In this document: positions 1 to 10,003 of the stretch, piece by piece
Layout of the letters: each line of letters begins with the position of its first letter
Numbering within the stretch: position 1 is the stretch's first letter
NCBI RefSeq assembly: GCF_006345805.1
Contig: NW_021823682.1
Coordinates: 1 to 22,867 of the forward strand
Reading direction: 5' to 3'
Source of the DNA: Octopus sinensis
Lineage: Eukaryota
DNA length: 22,867 nt
Notes under the pieces: model-generated
Databases searched by the model: none
Told to the model about the DNA's origin: nothing
Seen by the model: the letters and a program-made list of their open reading frames with translations, nothing else
Translations under genes and position numbers: made by a program

Positions 1-103
1 GCAAGGATTTAAGAAAGGTCCTTGATATTTAGGGAAACCGGTTGTGACCTGGTGTCAAGAACATTCATTCCGACTGTAAAACATTCATTCATACCATGAA
101 TGA
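1..103 (+). mobile_element. Possible 3' end of an R4/Dong-clade (RLE) non-LTR retrotransposon, running into a (TAA)n array
   Basis: gca agg at tta aga aag gtc ctt gat att tag reads A-R-[I]-L-R-K-V-L-D-I-stop with a 1-nt deletion, resembling the '...LLGTARILRKVL' C-terminus of R4/Dong-type ORFs. A ~70-nt UTR then (AAT)n follows. Only ~32 coding nt are visible at the window edge. Confidence 0.4.
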
Positions 104-160
104 TTAATAATAATAGTAATAATAATAATAATAGTAATAATGATGATGATGATAATAATA

Positions 161-192
<32 letters not shown>

Positions 193-199
193 AATAATA

Positions 200-291
<92 letters not shown>

Positions 292-359
292 CATCATCAT
301 CAATAATAATAATGATGATGATGATGATGATGATGACAATAATAATGATGATAATAATA

Positions 360-423
<64 letters not shown>
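104..423. repeat. Compound (AAT)n/(GAT)n/(CAT)n trinucleotide microsatellite
   Basis: Direct reading; explains the poly-N/I/D/M/Y ORFs. Confidence 0.97.
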
Positions 424-427
<4 letters not shown>

Positions 428-766
428 GGGAACGGCAACATCATTAACGACAGAGTCTTGCATCCTTTGTTATTGCGACAGTTTCACGATGTGGCCACAT
501 ATATGTATAAAACCTATCAAATGATTTATCATGCCTAGATATTGATTAAACGAGATCGATAATACGGCTATAATTACTCGCTTTAATTTAACGAAATACG
601 CCGGTGATTGATATATTTGTAACAAGTTTATGTAGGAAATTATAATTATGAAAAACTTTTGAATGGAGTTTGCAAGCCGTAAACTGTTGCATTTGTAATA
701 TAATCGTTAAGGTAAATCGCATTATCCGTGCAAACAGGAAGCCGCTTCAATGAAGATACTCGTTGC

Positions 767-1121
767 ATGTGTGTGTGCGTGTGTGTGAGTGTGTGTGTGT
801 GTGTTCGTGTGTGTGTGTGTATGTGTGTGTGTATGTTTGTGTGTGTGTGTGCATGTGTGTATGTGTGTGTGTTCGTGTGTGAATGTGTGTGCGTGTGTTC
901 GTGTGTGTGCGCATGTGTTTGTATGTTTGTGTGTGTGTGTGTTCGTGTGTGTGTATGTGTGTGTGCGCATGTGTGTGTGTTCGTGTGTGTGTGTGTGTGT
1001 ATGTGTGTGTTCGTGTGTGTGTGAGTATGTGTGTGTGTGTCTTCGTGTGTGTGTGTATGTGTATGTGTGTGTGAGTGTACGTGTGCATGTGTGTGTGTGT
1101 GTGTGTGCGCGTGTGTGTGTG
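767..1121. repeat. Interrupted (GT)n microsatellite
   Basis: Direct reading, with recurrent GTTCGT, GTAT and GCAT interruptions; explains the HT/CV ORFs. Confidence 0.97.
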
Positions 1122-1299
1122 ACTAATAAATTAAATACGATCCGCAAATGGTTTTAATTGAACTATTAAATTAATATTTCTTGTACAGGGAAAAGGCCTG
1201 AAATTTACGGGGCGTAGGGGGAGGTTTGGGGGTTTGGGGTTGGGGCGAAGGCTTATCGATTACATCAGAAGACGGAAGAAGTCATACGAAGGAAAATAA

Positions 1300-1945
1300 G
1301 AATGGGAGCGTGAAGAGGAAGAGGAGAAAGGAAAGAGAAGATGGTGGTGGTGGACGAGGAAGAGGAGAAGAAAACAATAACAACAGCAACACGGTGATGA
1401 AGATGATGACGATGACGATGGTGGTGGTAGCGATGATAATGATGATGGTGATGGTGATGATGATGATTGTGAAGTTGGAAAGGAAGGGGAAAAGTAACAA
1501 CAACGGTGACAAAAGCAACAACAATTACAATAACTGTAACATGATGATGATGATGAATAGGTGGCGAAGAAGAAGAAGAAGAAGAAGAAGAGGAGAGGAG
1601 AAGAAGAAAGAGGAGAACTAAGAAGAAGAAGAATAAGAGAAGAAAGAAGAATAAGAAGAAAAGAAGGAGAAGAAGAAGAATAAGAAGAAGAGAAGGAGAA
1701 GAAGGGAAGGAAGAAGAAGAAAAAAGAAGAATAAGGAGAAGACGAAGAAGGAGAAAAAGAAGGAGAAGGAGAAGAAGAAGGGGAGGAGAAGAAGAAGAAG
1801 GAGAAGGAGAAGAAGGGGAGGAGGAGGATAAGAAGAAGAAGAAGGGGAGGAAGAGGAGGAGAAGAAAGAATTGAAGGAGAAGAAGAAGAACAACAACAAC
1901 AACAACGAGAACAAGAACAACCATAACAGCAATAACAAGAACATC
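1300..1945. repeat. Purine-rich low-complexity tract, (GAA/GGA)n with (GAT/AAC)n segments
   Basis: Direct reading; ~1566-1885 is almost exclusively A/G on the + strand. Confidence 0.93.
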
Positions 1946-2353
1946 TTAATAAGCCTTACTTACGTAGAGACCAGACCAGGAGTGAGTGGTTAGCATTTTA
2001 CAAGTGAAGGTCGTATTCACTCTTTTCAAAGAGAAGACTGTTTTTTTTTCTTTTTTTGTTACGTCTTCTCTTAAGTGTTATCTCTGTAATTATTGTAGCA
2101 ATTTCAGTCGTCATAATGTGGCTGGCGCGATATTTACCACTAAGTAAGTGTTTAATAATCGGTAAATTGGATTAAATTATGCATGAATGTGTGTCTGGAC
2201 GTAATAATTATAGAAAGTCAATTTTTTTTAATAATTGCAATGCAAAAATGGCATTTAAAGGAAGATGTTTAAATGAATTTTAAAGGAATCTTTTCAAAGA
2301 ATTATAGGAATAACTTTGAACCACAAAAGCATATGTATGTAAATGAAGCCATC

Positions 2354-2650
2354 TATATATATATATATATATTATATATATTATATATTATATATATAAT
2401 ATATATATATATACCAGCGATTATAATTATTTTATTTTTTATCGCAATTTGATTTGTTTATATATATATATAATATATATATATATTACAATAAAAATGG
2501 TAAATAATTTTTCAGTGGTTTTTCATATACAACAATTATTTACCGGTAAATTTCGGTATGTAAATATGAACAAATTCATCGTCAGGAACTTCTATATATA
2601 TATATATATAATATATATATATATAATATATATATATATTATATAATATC

Positions 2651-2688
<38 letters not shown>

Positions 2689-2716
2689 TGCATACATACA
2701 TACATATATACATATA
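2354..2716. repeat. Interspersed (TA)n, (GA)n and (TACA)n microsatellites
   Basis: Direct reading. Confidence 0.9.
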
Positions 2717-3120
2717 TACTCTTTTACTCTTTTACTTTTTTCAGTCATTTTTGACTGCGGCCATGCTGGAGCACCGCCTTTAATCGAGCAAACACGACCC
2801 CGGGACTTATTCTTTTGTAACCCAGTAATTATTCTATCGATCTCTTTTGGGGCGAACCGCTAGTAACGGGGACATAAAACACACCAGCATTGGTTGTCAA
2901 GCAATGCTAGGGGGACAAACACAGACACACAACACACACAACGCATACACATCTATATATATACATATATACGACGGGCTTCTTTCAGTTTCCGTCTACC
3001 AAATCCACTCACAAGGCTTTGGTCGGCCCGAGGCTATAGTAGAAGACACTTGCCCAAGATGCCACGCAGTGGGACTGAACCCAGAACTATGTGGTTGGTA
3101 GACAAGCTACTTACCACACA
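2717..3120 (-). mobile_element. tRNA-derived SINE (family A), near full length, slightly 5'-clipped
   Basis: Minus strand reads tRNA-like head (TGTGTGGTAAG...GGTTCAGTCCC B box), then CTTGGGCAAGTGTCTTCT body, an internal TA/TG microsatellite, and a tail GGCGGTGCTCCAGCATGGCCGCAGTC...(AAAAGAGT)n. Homologous copies occur at 3385, 5311, 8215, 8994 and 22641. Confidence 0.88.
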
Positions 3121-3327
3121 TATAAATTATATGTATATATGTATGTATGTATGTATGTGTGTATATATGTATGTATATATGTATGTATGTATGTATGCAT
3201 GTATGTATGTATGTATGTATGTATGTATGTATGTATCTATCTATCTATCTATCTATCCATCTTTATATATAAAGAGATGGCTTCATGTACATATATATGC
3301 TCAGCTTTTGTAGTTCAAAGTTATTCC

Positions 3328-3382
<55 letters not shown>
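3121..3382. repeat. (TATG)n/(TATC)n/(TA)n microsatellites
   Basis: Direct reading. Confidence 0.92.
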
Positions 3383-3384
3383 TT

Positions 3385-3547
3385 CGACGGGCTTCTTTTA
3401 TTTCCGTCTACCAAATCCACCCATAAGGCTTTGGTCGGACCGAGGCTATAGTAGAAGACTCTTGGCCAAGGTGCCACGCAGTGGGACTGAACCCGGAACC
3501 ATGTGGTTGGTAAGCAAGCTACATACCACACAGCCACTCCTACGCCT
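3385..3547 (-). mobile_element. SINE family A, 5' half
   Basis: Minus strand AGGCGTAGGAGTGGCTGTGTGG (A box)...GGTTCAGTCCC (B box); closely matches 2972-3120. Confidence 0.88.
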
Positions 3548-3578
3548 ATGATTTTTTCCCTTCTTATTCAAGTGTGGA

Positions 3579-3626
<48 letters not shown>

Positions 3627-3851
3627 CAGTGTATAGTATATATATATATATATATGAATTTATTTATATATCTATGAATATATTTATATATGTATAAATA
3701 TACACATCATATATTGTGTGCATATATATATATATATATACATATATATTTAAATACATATTATATAGTATACTTTATATATTTATCTGATATATTATAT
3801 AATTTTATTATATATAAAAATACATATGTGATATATACATATTATAAATGG

Positions 3852-3884
<33 letters not shown>

Positions 3885-3895
3885 CTATATATATA
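3579..3895. repeat. (CA)n followed by TA-rich low complexity
   Basis: Direct reading. Confidence 0.88.
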
Positions 3896-3949
3896 TCCCA
3901 GTGCATCCATGCTGCCAACAAAGCACGCGGAATTTTGTAAGTGACTTTT

Positions 3950-4212
3950 AGCTATGATCAGTCATAAATACTAAATATGATCAGCTGTAGCTGTACACTA
4001 TTACTAGCAGTAACTATTAGCTAAGATCATTAAGCATTATCATATGTAGCATTATCATATGTAACCTATGATGAATTGTAACTATTCATTATGACCAGCG
4101 GCAACTGCTATGACCAGTCATAACTAAGAATTAAGATCAGTCGTAATTATTTACTAAGACCAGTTACAATTATTCACAACAGCTCGGTGTAACTGTAAAT
4201 TTGACCAGCTGT
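3950..4212. repeat. Degenerate ~19-23-bp minisatellite
   Basis: Core (C/T)TA(T/A)GA(C/T)CAG recurs near 3952, 3975, 4021, 4089, 4108, 4131, 4154 and 4199. An exact 15-bp tandem AGCATTATCATATGT x2 lies at ~4034-4063. Confidence 0.55.
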
Positions 4213-4227
4213 TTAAATATCTAAATA

Positions 4228-4746
4228 CCGTAAATCCTCGAGTATAATCCGCACTTTTTTCACAAAATCTAAAGGTCAAATTCCCTAGTGCGTTTTATAT
4301 ACGAGGTTAAAAATGAAAATTATTTTCTAAGCAATATCCGAGTCTCTATTTGCTGTCGGTAAATTTTATTCAGACGCATTTTGTGATATCGGGCCCGAAA
4401 ATACCTTTAGCTAAGCCTGAAAGCAATGAAGTCATAAAAGAATCATCCACAACTTGTAGTAAGCAACATTAATTAAACTTTATTACTGTTATTACTGATA
4501 TTTCTTTATTTTCTGCAAAGAAAATGGACAAAAACCTACACGTTTGCATTATTTTATATATGCAATAATAATAAAGGACGTTACCGCATACAGTTTTACA
4601 AACCAAGGACGGTATATAGATCTCCTTGACTCAAGTTAGAAAAGGGGTGCGTATTATACACAAGGTTTAGGTTTTGCAGAGGTACAGCCCCCTAAGAATC
4701 TCCTGCGTATTATACTCAAGGGCGAACTATACTCGAGGATTTACGG
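4228..4746. mobile_element. Non-autonomous Tc1/mariner-superfamily DNA transposon (pogo/Tc2-like MITE), 519 bp
   Basis: Perfect 19-bp TIR CCGTAAATCCTCGAGTATA (4228-4246) / TATACTCGAGGATTTACGG (4728-4746). TA dinucleotides flank it at 4226-4227 and 4747-4748. No transposase ORF. Confidence 0.9.
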
Positions 4747-5310
4747 TATATAAAATATTTTATCTGTAATTCACTGAGGAGAGTAAGTGTCGGCAAAACG
4801 AAATCAACTGTGTTTGTGCCTTTCTCAGAGAGGGAAAAATACCAGCATATGTGGGAAGAATAATCTAGAAATATATCCAAACAGGAATTAGCATTGCTTC
4901 TATAACCTACACCCTACTGAATAATACTCGATACTAAATCTATTATTCCTAACGTAGTTCACTATATATTTACAAACGTATTCAACCGTATCATGCAATT
5001 ACTTTTATATTGCGAATAGTTATTCATGGATGTCATATATAAAACACTTCTCTTAATGTATCCTCCAAAAGCTAAGCATCGTTTCACATAAAAACGATAC
5101 AGTTTTATTTTTATATACACAGCCATTGATGTACCATATTCTGATTTTGGTGTTTGTTTTTTGATAATGATAAACAAACTCCTTTTATCGACTTGCATTA
5201 ACATGATCGTTTAACTTTTCGTTGCTCTACACTGCTTACTTTTTAAACTTTTAAAAACATCTGTATTTGTTTTTTTTTTGTTCTGCTTATGAATATGTAT
5301 ACAGGAACGG

Positions 5311-5770
5311 GCAAGAGCTGTGTGGTGGAGAAGAAGCTTGGTCTGCAACCAGTCGATTTCGGAGTTTCGGATTCAAACCTTCTGAATGTTATCTATGACA
5401 GGGTGTATTCTGCTATAGCTACGGCCACTCGACCGCTGCTTTATAAGTGAATTTGATAGACGCAAACTCTGTAGAATACCTATTTCTTTACTACCCACAA
5501 GGGGCTAAACACAGAGGGGACAAACAAGGACAGACAAACGGATTAAGTCGATTACATCGACCACAGTGCGTAACTGGTACTTAATTTATCGACCCCGAAA
5601 GGATGAAAGGCAAAGTTGACCTTGGTGGAATTTGAACTCAGAAAGTAGTGACAGACGAAAATACTACTGAACATTTCGCCAGGCGTGCTAACGTTTCTGC
5701 CAGCTCGCCGCCTTTTTTTTTTTTTAAGAAATACCTATTTCTAACTCTGTAGAATACCGTCGTATACTTA
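5311..5770 (+). mobile_element. Old, diverged SINE family A copy interrupted by a younger SINE
   Basis: GCTGTGTGGTGGAGAAGAAGCTTG...GTGAATTTGATAGACGCAAACT matches the family A 5' half and resumes as GTCGTATA after the insertion at 5481-5742. Confidence 0.65.
5481..5742 (-). mobile_element. tRNA-derived SINE (family B), full length, 16-bp TSD
   Basis: Minus strand GGCGGCGAGCTGGCAGAAACG...GAGTTCAAATTCC (B box)...GTGGGTAGTAAAGAAATA. TSD AACTCTGTAGAATACC at 5465-5480 and 5743-5758. Homologous to 14362-14520 and 14551-14780. Confidence 0.92.
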
Positions 5771-5774
5771 CATA

Positions 5775-5860
5775 GACACACACACACATACATTCATGCA
5801 TACATACATACATACATACATACATACATACATACATACATACATACATACAGACAGACA
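5775..5860. repeat. (CA)n/(TACA)n microsatellite
   Basis: Direct reading. Confidence 0.92.
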
Positions 5861-6187
5861 TAGGAGCACTCCGTCGGTTACGACGACGAGGGTCTCAGCT
5901 GATATGATCAACGGAACAGCCTGCTCATGAAATGAACATGCAAGCGGTTGAGTATTCCACAGACACGTGTACTCTTAATGTAGTTCTCAGGGAGATTCAG
6001 CGTGACACAAAGCGTGACAAGGCTGGCCTTTTGAAATACAGATACAACTCATTTTTGCCAGCTGAGTGGACTGAAGCAACATGAAAATAAAGTGTCTTGC
6101 TCAAGGACACAACACGTCGCCGGAATCGAACTCACGACCTTACAATCGTGAGCCAAATGCCCTAACCACTAAGCCACGCGCCTTCAC
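5861..6187 (-). mobile_element. tRNA-derived SINE (family C), apparently full length
   Basis: Minus strand GTGAAGGCGCGTGGCTTAGTGG (A box)...GAGTTCGATTCC (B box), then GTGTCCTTGAGCAAGACACTT central domain, ending GTAACCGACGGAGTGCTCC next to a microsatellite. Confidence 0.85.
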
Positions 6188-6194
6188 ATACATA

Positions 6195-6781
6195 CATTAT
6201 GGCTGCCCCCTCGTTATCGAGTATGGCCATTGCACGAAGCTTAACTGTTACAGGTGCTGTGATCGAATGTGACTTTTTAGCCCAGCTAAAGATCTACAAT
6301 GTCTGGTACAGAATTGGCAACTAAGACCTTTACCGGTAATAGCCGGCTGTAGTTGTAACTGGGCTTCATGTACCTTCGCATGTCGTTTAAGTCCTCCTGC
6401 CGAATTACACTCTCTTCCACATGCCCAACAGATATGATTAGTATGGTGCGTTACACCACCACCACCAGTGGCCAGGTTGTCACTCATCTGTCTCGCTTTA
6501 TGACTACGAAGATGACTCATGAGTCCAGCTTTACTGAGGTAGGGTCTTGCACAGACATTGCATGTCAGAATCAAAGGAAGACCCTTCCCTTCTGGAAGTG
6601 TAACAGCGATGCCCTTCCTGACATCCTTCCTTACTTTCTCATGTGCAACTCGAGATTTCTCAAACGTGGCTGTCTCCTCATGCACAGTCTTTCTCCACCT
6701 GCTACGATCAATAGCTATGCCTTCCCATGTGTCAGGAGAGATGCAAGCATCTCTTAAGGAAGCCTTCAGCAAGTCCTTATA
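6195..6781 (-). mobile_element. 5'-truncated RTE-clade LINE: ORF C-terminus plus ~50-nt 3' UTR
   Basis: YKDLLKASLRDACISPDTWEGIAIDRSRWRKTV...FEKSR matches the RTE post-RT pattern (YKD.LK..L......W...A.DR..WR). Three C2H2 fingers follow, then TAA at 6248-6250 and a short UTR ending in (ATGT)n. The track's MYVCMYVCM start comes from the microsatellite. Confidence 0.85.
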
Positions 6782-7089
6782 CATACATACATACATACAT
6801 ACATACATACATACACATATATATAGATGAATATGTGCATATTGGGCTCAACATTCTCCTCTCTTCATCTGACTCCCTCCTTTCCTCTCTTCTCCTCTCT
6901 TGCTGTGACTCCTACTTCTCTCGCTCTAGCCCACGTTCTCCCTTCATTGATAGCCCCGCCATCATCCACGCACCCACAAATTACACACGCACACATCCAC
7001 AGGTCAAAGTCACTAGCCCCTATCCACACACACAAACACAGACACAGACACACATTTTCACTTACACGCACACGTACTTTCGTCTGTGG

Positions 7090-7137
7090 ATCCTCCGACC
7101 GCGAGTCCGGTGCCCTAACCACTGGGCCATTGCGCCC
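7090..7137 (-). mobile_element. Short tRNA-like SINE head fragment (family D)
   Basis: Minus strand GGCGCAATGGCCCAGTGGTTAGGGCACCGGACTCGCGGTC nearly matches the + strand head at 21737-21776. Confidence 0.7.
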
Positions 7138-7287
7138 TCACGAAAAGTATGATATAAAGTATAATATACGATCATTAAGTTGACAAAACAAGCTATATGG
7201 CGATCATTGTGTTCGTACCTCATCTTGAATAGGCTCTAAGTCTTGCTTGGGGCGCAACAAAAGTTTTAGATTTTCCATCGACGATAC

Positions 7288-7418
7288 ATTATTATTATTA
7301 TTATTATTATTGTTGTTGTCATTACTTTTACTTTTACGCAGCATCTTTGTTATAATCATAATCATTATTATTATTATTATTATTATTTTATTTTTACTCT
7401 GCAGCTTTGCTATCATCA

Positions 7419-7454
<36 letters not shown>

Positions 7455-7459
7455 TATTA

Positions 7460-7525
<66 letters not shown>

Positions 7526-7534
7526 TATTATTTA

Positions 7535-7568
<34 letters not shown>

Positions 7569-7589
7569 CATTATTGCTATTATTATTAT
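7288..7589. repeat. (ATT)n/(ATC)n microsatellites
   Basis: Direct reading. Confidence 0.93.
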
Positions 7590-7685
7590 ACACCCACCTT
7601 CTCCGATATGTTTTGCAGGCTATTCTAAGGTTTCTCGAGCAGAGTCAAGTCAAAATATTCGAGATTCTTCCACAGAATTCATTAT

Positions 7686-7901
7686 AACACACACACACAC
7701 ATAGAAACATACATATATCATATACGTAATGTATTTGTGTATATATATTTTATGTATACATATATGTATATATACATATATATTTTATGTATACATATAT
7801 GTATATATATATATATATATACATATATATATACAAACATATATGTGTTGTACGACTTATTACAATATTTTGTATTTATGTATTTATGTATACATACATG
7901 C

Positions 7902-7958
<57 letters not shown>

Positions 7959-7995
7959 TTAGATATATATATATATATATATAATATATATATTG
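7686..7995. repeat. (CA)n/(TA)n low complexity
   Basis: Direct reading. Confidence 0.9.
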
Positions 7996-8214
7996 TACAA
8001 CTCATTACAATATTTTGTATACGTCAATCGTTCCATTACAGATAAGCTAACCAGCAAAATATTCAATTTCTTTCTCGGTCACCAATGTCGAATTCAATAA
8101 CGCAAATCCTGATATAGAATTGCAATCTACCTGAGGAGAAGAGTGTAACAGCGTTAGTGTCACACACAACACACACACACACAAACATACACGTACGCGC
8201 GCGCTAGCTTTTCA

Positions 8215-8405
8215 TTTTGCTTATTTCAGTCATCAGGCTGCGGCCATGCTGGGGCGCTGCCTTGAAGGGTTTTCGTCGAATAAATCGAAATCAGATATAA
8301 CTTTACGTCTGGGTCTTATTCATATCGACCTCTTTGCTCAGCATCTGTGTTAAGGAGACGTATGTAAGCCTACAACGGTTGTCATGAGGAGAACAAAGTC
8401 ACGCA
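8215..8405 (-). mobile_element. Diverged SINE family A 3' tail fragment
   Basis: TTTCAGTCATCAGGCTGCGGCCATGCTGGGGCGCTGCCTT...CGGTTGTCA matches the tail at 2717-2910. Confidence 0.7.
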
Positions 8406-8477
8406 CAAAGGTACCGTGCGCGTTCGCATACATACATTAATATGTATATATATGTATACATAGATATATATATATAT

Positions 8478-8518
<41 letters not shown>

Positions 8519-8583
8519 TAAATTAGAGATAAAACCACTATTATATAACTATAATATTTCTAATCTTAATGAGTGTTATATAT

Positions 8584-8622
<39 letters not shown>

Positions 8623-8710
8623 TAAGGGTGAAATATAATTAATTAATAAAATCAATAAATTTCACCTCGTAGTATTTCGGTATGGAAAAGGACCATATTC
8701 GGTAAAAATT

Positions 8711-8929
8711 TATATAATTATAATAATAAGGGTTTTTTGCAACAAGTTCCTTAAACCACATACCGAAAATATTAGAAGTAGCAGCCAAAAAACTACTATT
8801 TCTTTTACTACAAGAGACTTATTTTTATAGTAAAAGAGAAATAGTAGTCCTTTGGCTGCTATTTCTAATATTTTCGGTATGTGGTTTAAGCAACTTGTTG
8901 CAAAAAATCCTTATTATTATAATTATATA
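8711..8929. repeat. Long near-perfect inverted repeat (hairpin) inside a (TA)n-flanked element
   Basis: Arms 8711-8810 and 8828-8929 with a 17-nt spacer; 5 substitutions and one 2-nt indel by manual alignment. Confidence 0.92.
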
Positions 8930-8993
8930 TATATATGTATGTATGTGTGTGTGTGAGTGTGTGTGTGTGTGTGTGTATACAAATTTACCGTCG

Positions 8994-9128
8994 CTGGTAT
9001 GGCTGTATGGTAAGAAGCTATGATCCAAGATAATCCCCACTACATGGCACCTTGAGTGCTTTCTAACATAGCCTTGGGACAGCCAATACACTGTGGGTAG
9101 ATTTCCTAGGTGGAGACTGAAAGAAGTT
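8994..9128 (+). mobile_element. Diverged SINE family A 5' half
   Basis: TGGCTGTATGGTAAGAAGCT...GGCACCTTG...ATAGCC...ACTGAAAGAAG followed by (TA)n. Confidence 0.65.
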
Positions 9129-9233
9129 ATATATATATATATATATATATTTAATTTATATAAAATTTTTTATGTATTGGATTAAGTCTTTCTTTGTTGA
9201 TTTGCATAATAGTGGTTTGTCTCTAATTATATT

Positions 9234-9298
<65 letters not shown>

Positions 9299-9945
9299 AA
9301 AAATGAAGTGGAGATGTAAGGTACCACACGAGGTGGAATTAAATATAAGATAGAGGTTGAAAATGCAATTTTGAAAGATGTTTATTTACTTTACCGGTTT
9401 CACTCTTTAGAAAAAGATTGTCAAAAGTAACATGTAGAAGTTTGGTTGTGTTAATTATTGGTTGTCACAAAATGCTACAATACATATATAGAGTCTTTGG
9501 TAACAAGAACATGTTAAAGGCATAAAAAAGTTTAATAAGTTCATTAAAATATTGAGCACAAAAGATTACAACATAAATATACATTCTCAAGAAAATGTTA
9601 AAGATAGTTTCCATATATGTATTGTAGCATTTTGTGACAACCAATAATTAACACAACCAAACTATTACATGTTACTTTTGACAATCTTTTTCTAAAGAGT
9701 GAAACCGGTAAAGTAAATAAACATCTTTTAAAGTTGCATTTTCAAACCTTCTTTCGTATGTACCATTGGCGATTTTTTTCCCTCTGTCTTCCCTTCTCTG
9801 GATCTTTCCTTCTCCTATGTTTCCGACGAAGAGCTCCGCTCGAAACGTTATACCCTCCTTCTTTCCTTCTTTCCTGAACGTCCAATAATACTATATTTGT
9901 TCCACGTCCTCGCGTTGTTGTGTCTTTTTTTGTGCTTTCTTGTTT

Positions 9946-9948
<3 letters not shown>
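9299..9948. mobile_element. (TA)n-flanked repeat with ~135-bp internal inverted repeat, probably Penelope-like derived
   Basis: Bounded by (TA)n at ~9230-9298 and 9949-10001. Inverted arms at 9355-9489 and 9613-9748. Contains a CCGACGAAG...CGAAACGTT hammerhead-like motif at 9823-9849. Confidence 0.55.
9819..9853 (+). ncRNA. Minimal, degenerate type I hammerhead-like motif
   Basis: GTTT-CCGACGA-A-GAGC(TCC)GCTC-GAAA-CGT-T-ATAC. Core has C at U4 plus an extra A, a 4-bp stem II, a palindromic ACGT stem III, and a 4-bp stem I with one mismatch. Confidence 0.45.

Positions 9949-10003
<55 letters not shown>

Noticed and set aside
85-1944. Long ORFs of poly-I/N/M/Y, HT/CV and poly-L/F/S
   Set aside because: Translations of AAT/GAT, GT and GAA microsatellites with no domain content. 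The same applies to the YI/YVCM ORFs elsewhere.
6090-6187. tRNA genes at SINE heads (also 3480-3547 and 21734-21810)
   Set aside because: A and B boxes are present but no complete cloverleaf with acceptor stem; each continues into a SINE body.
6368-6830. Plus-strand ORFs of 129 and 90 aa
   Set aside because: Antisense shadows of the RTE ORF.
7204-7290. Possible exon NNNNVSSMENLKLLLRPKQDLEPIQDE with donor GAG/GTACGA on the minus strand
   Set aside because: No credible acceptor, the frame emerges from a microsatellite, and the peptide is not recognisable.
8655-8710. Hammerhead-like motif on the minus strand (CCGAATATGG...CCATACCGAAATAC)
   Set aside because: The core would read CCGAAUA, lacking G8, and no stem III or UH site with stem I pairing can be drawn.
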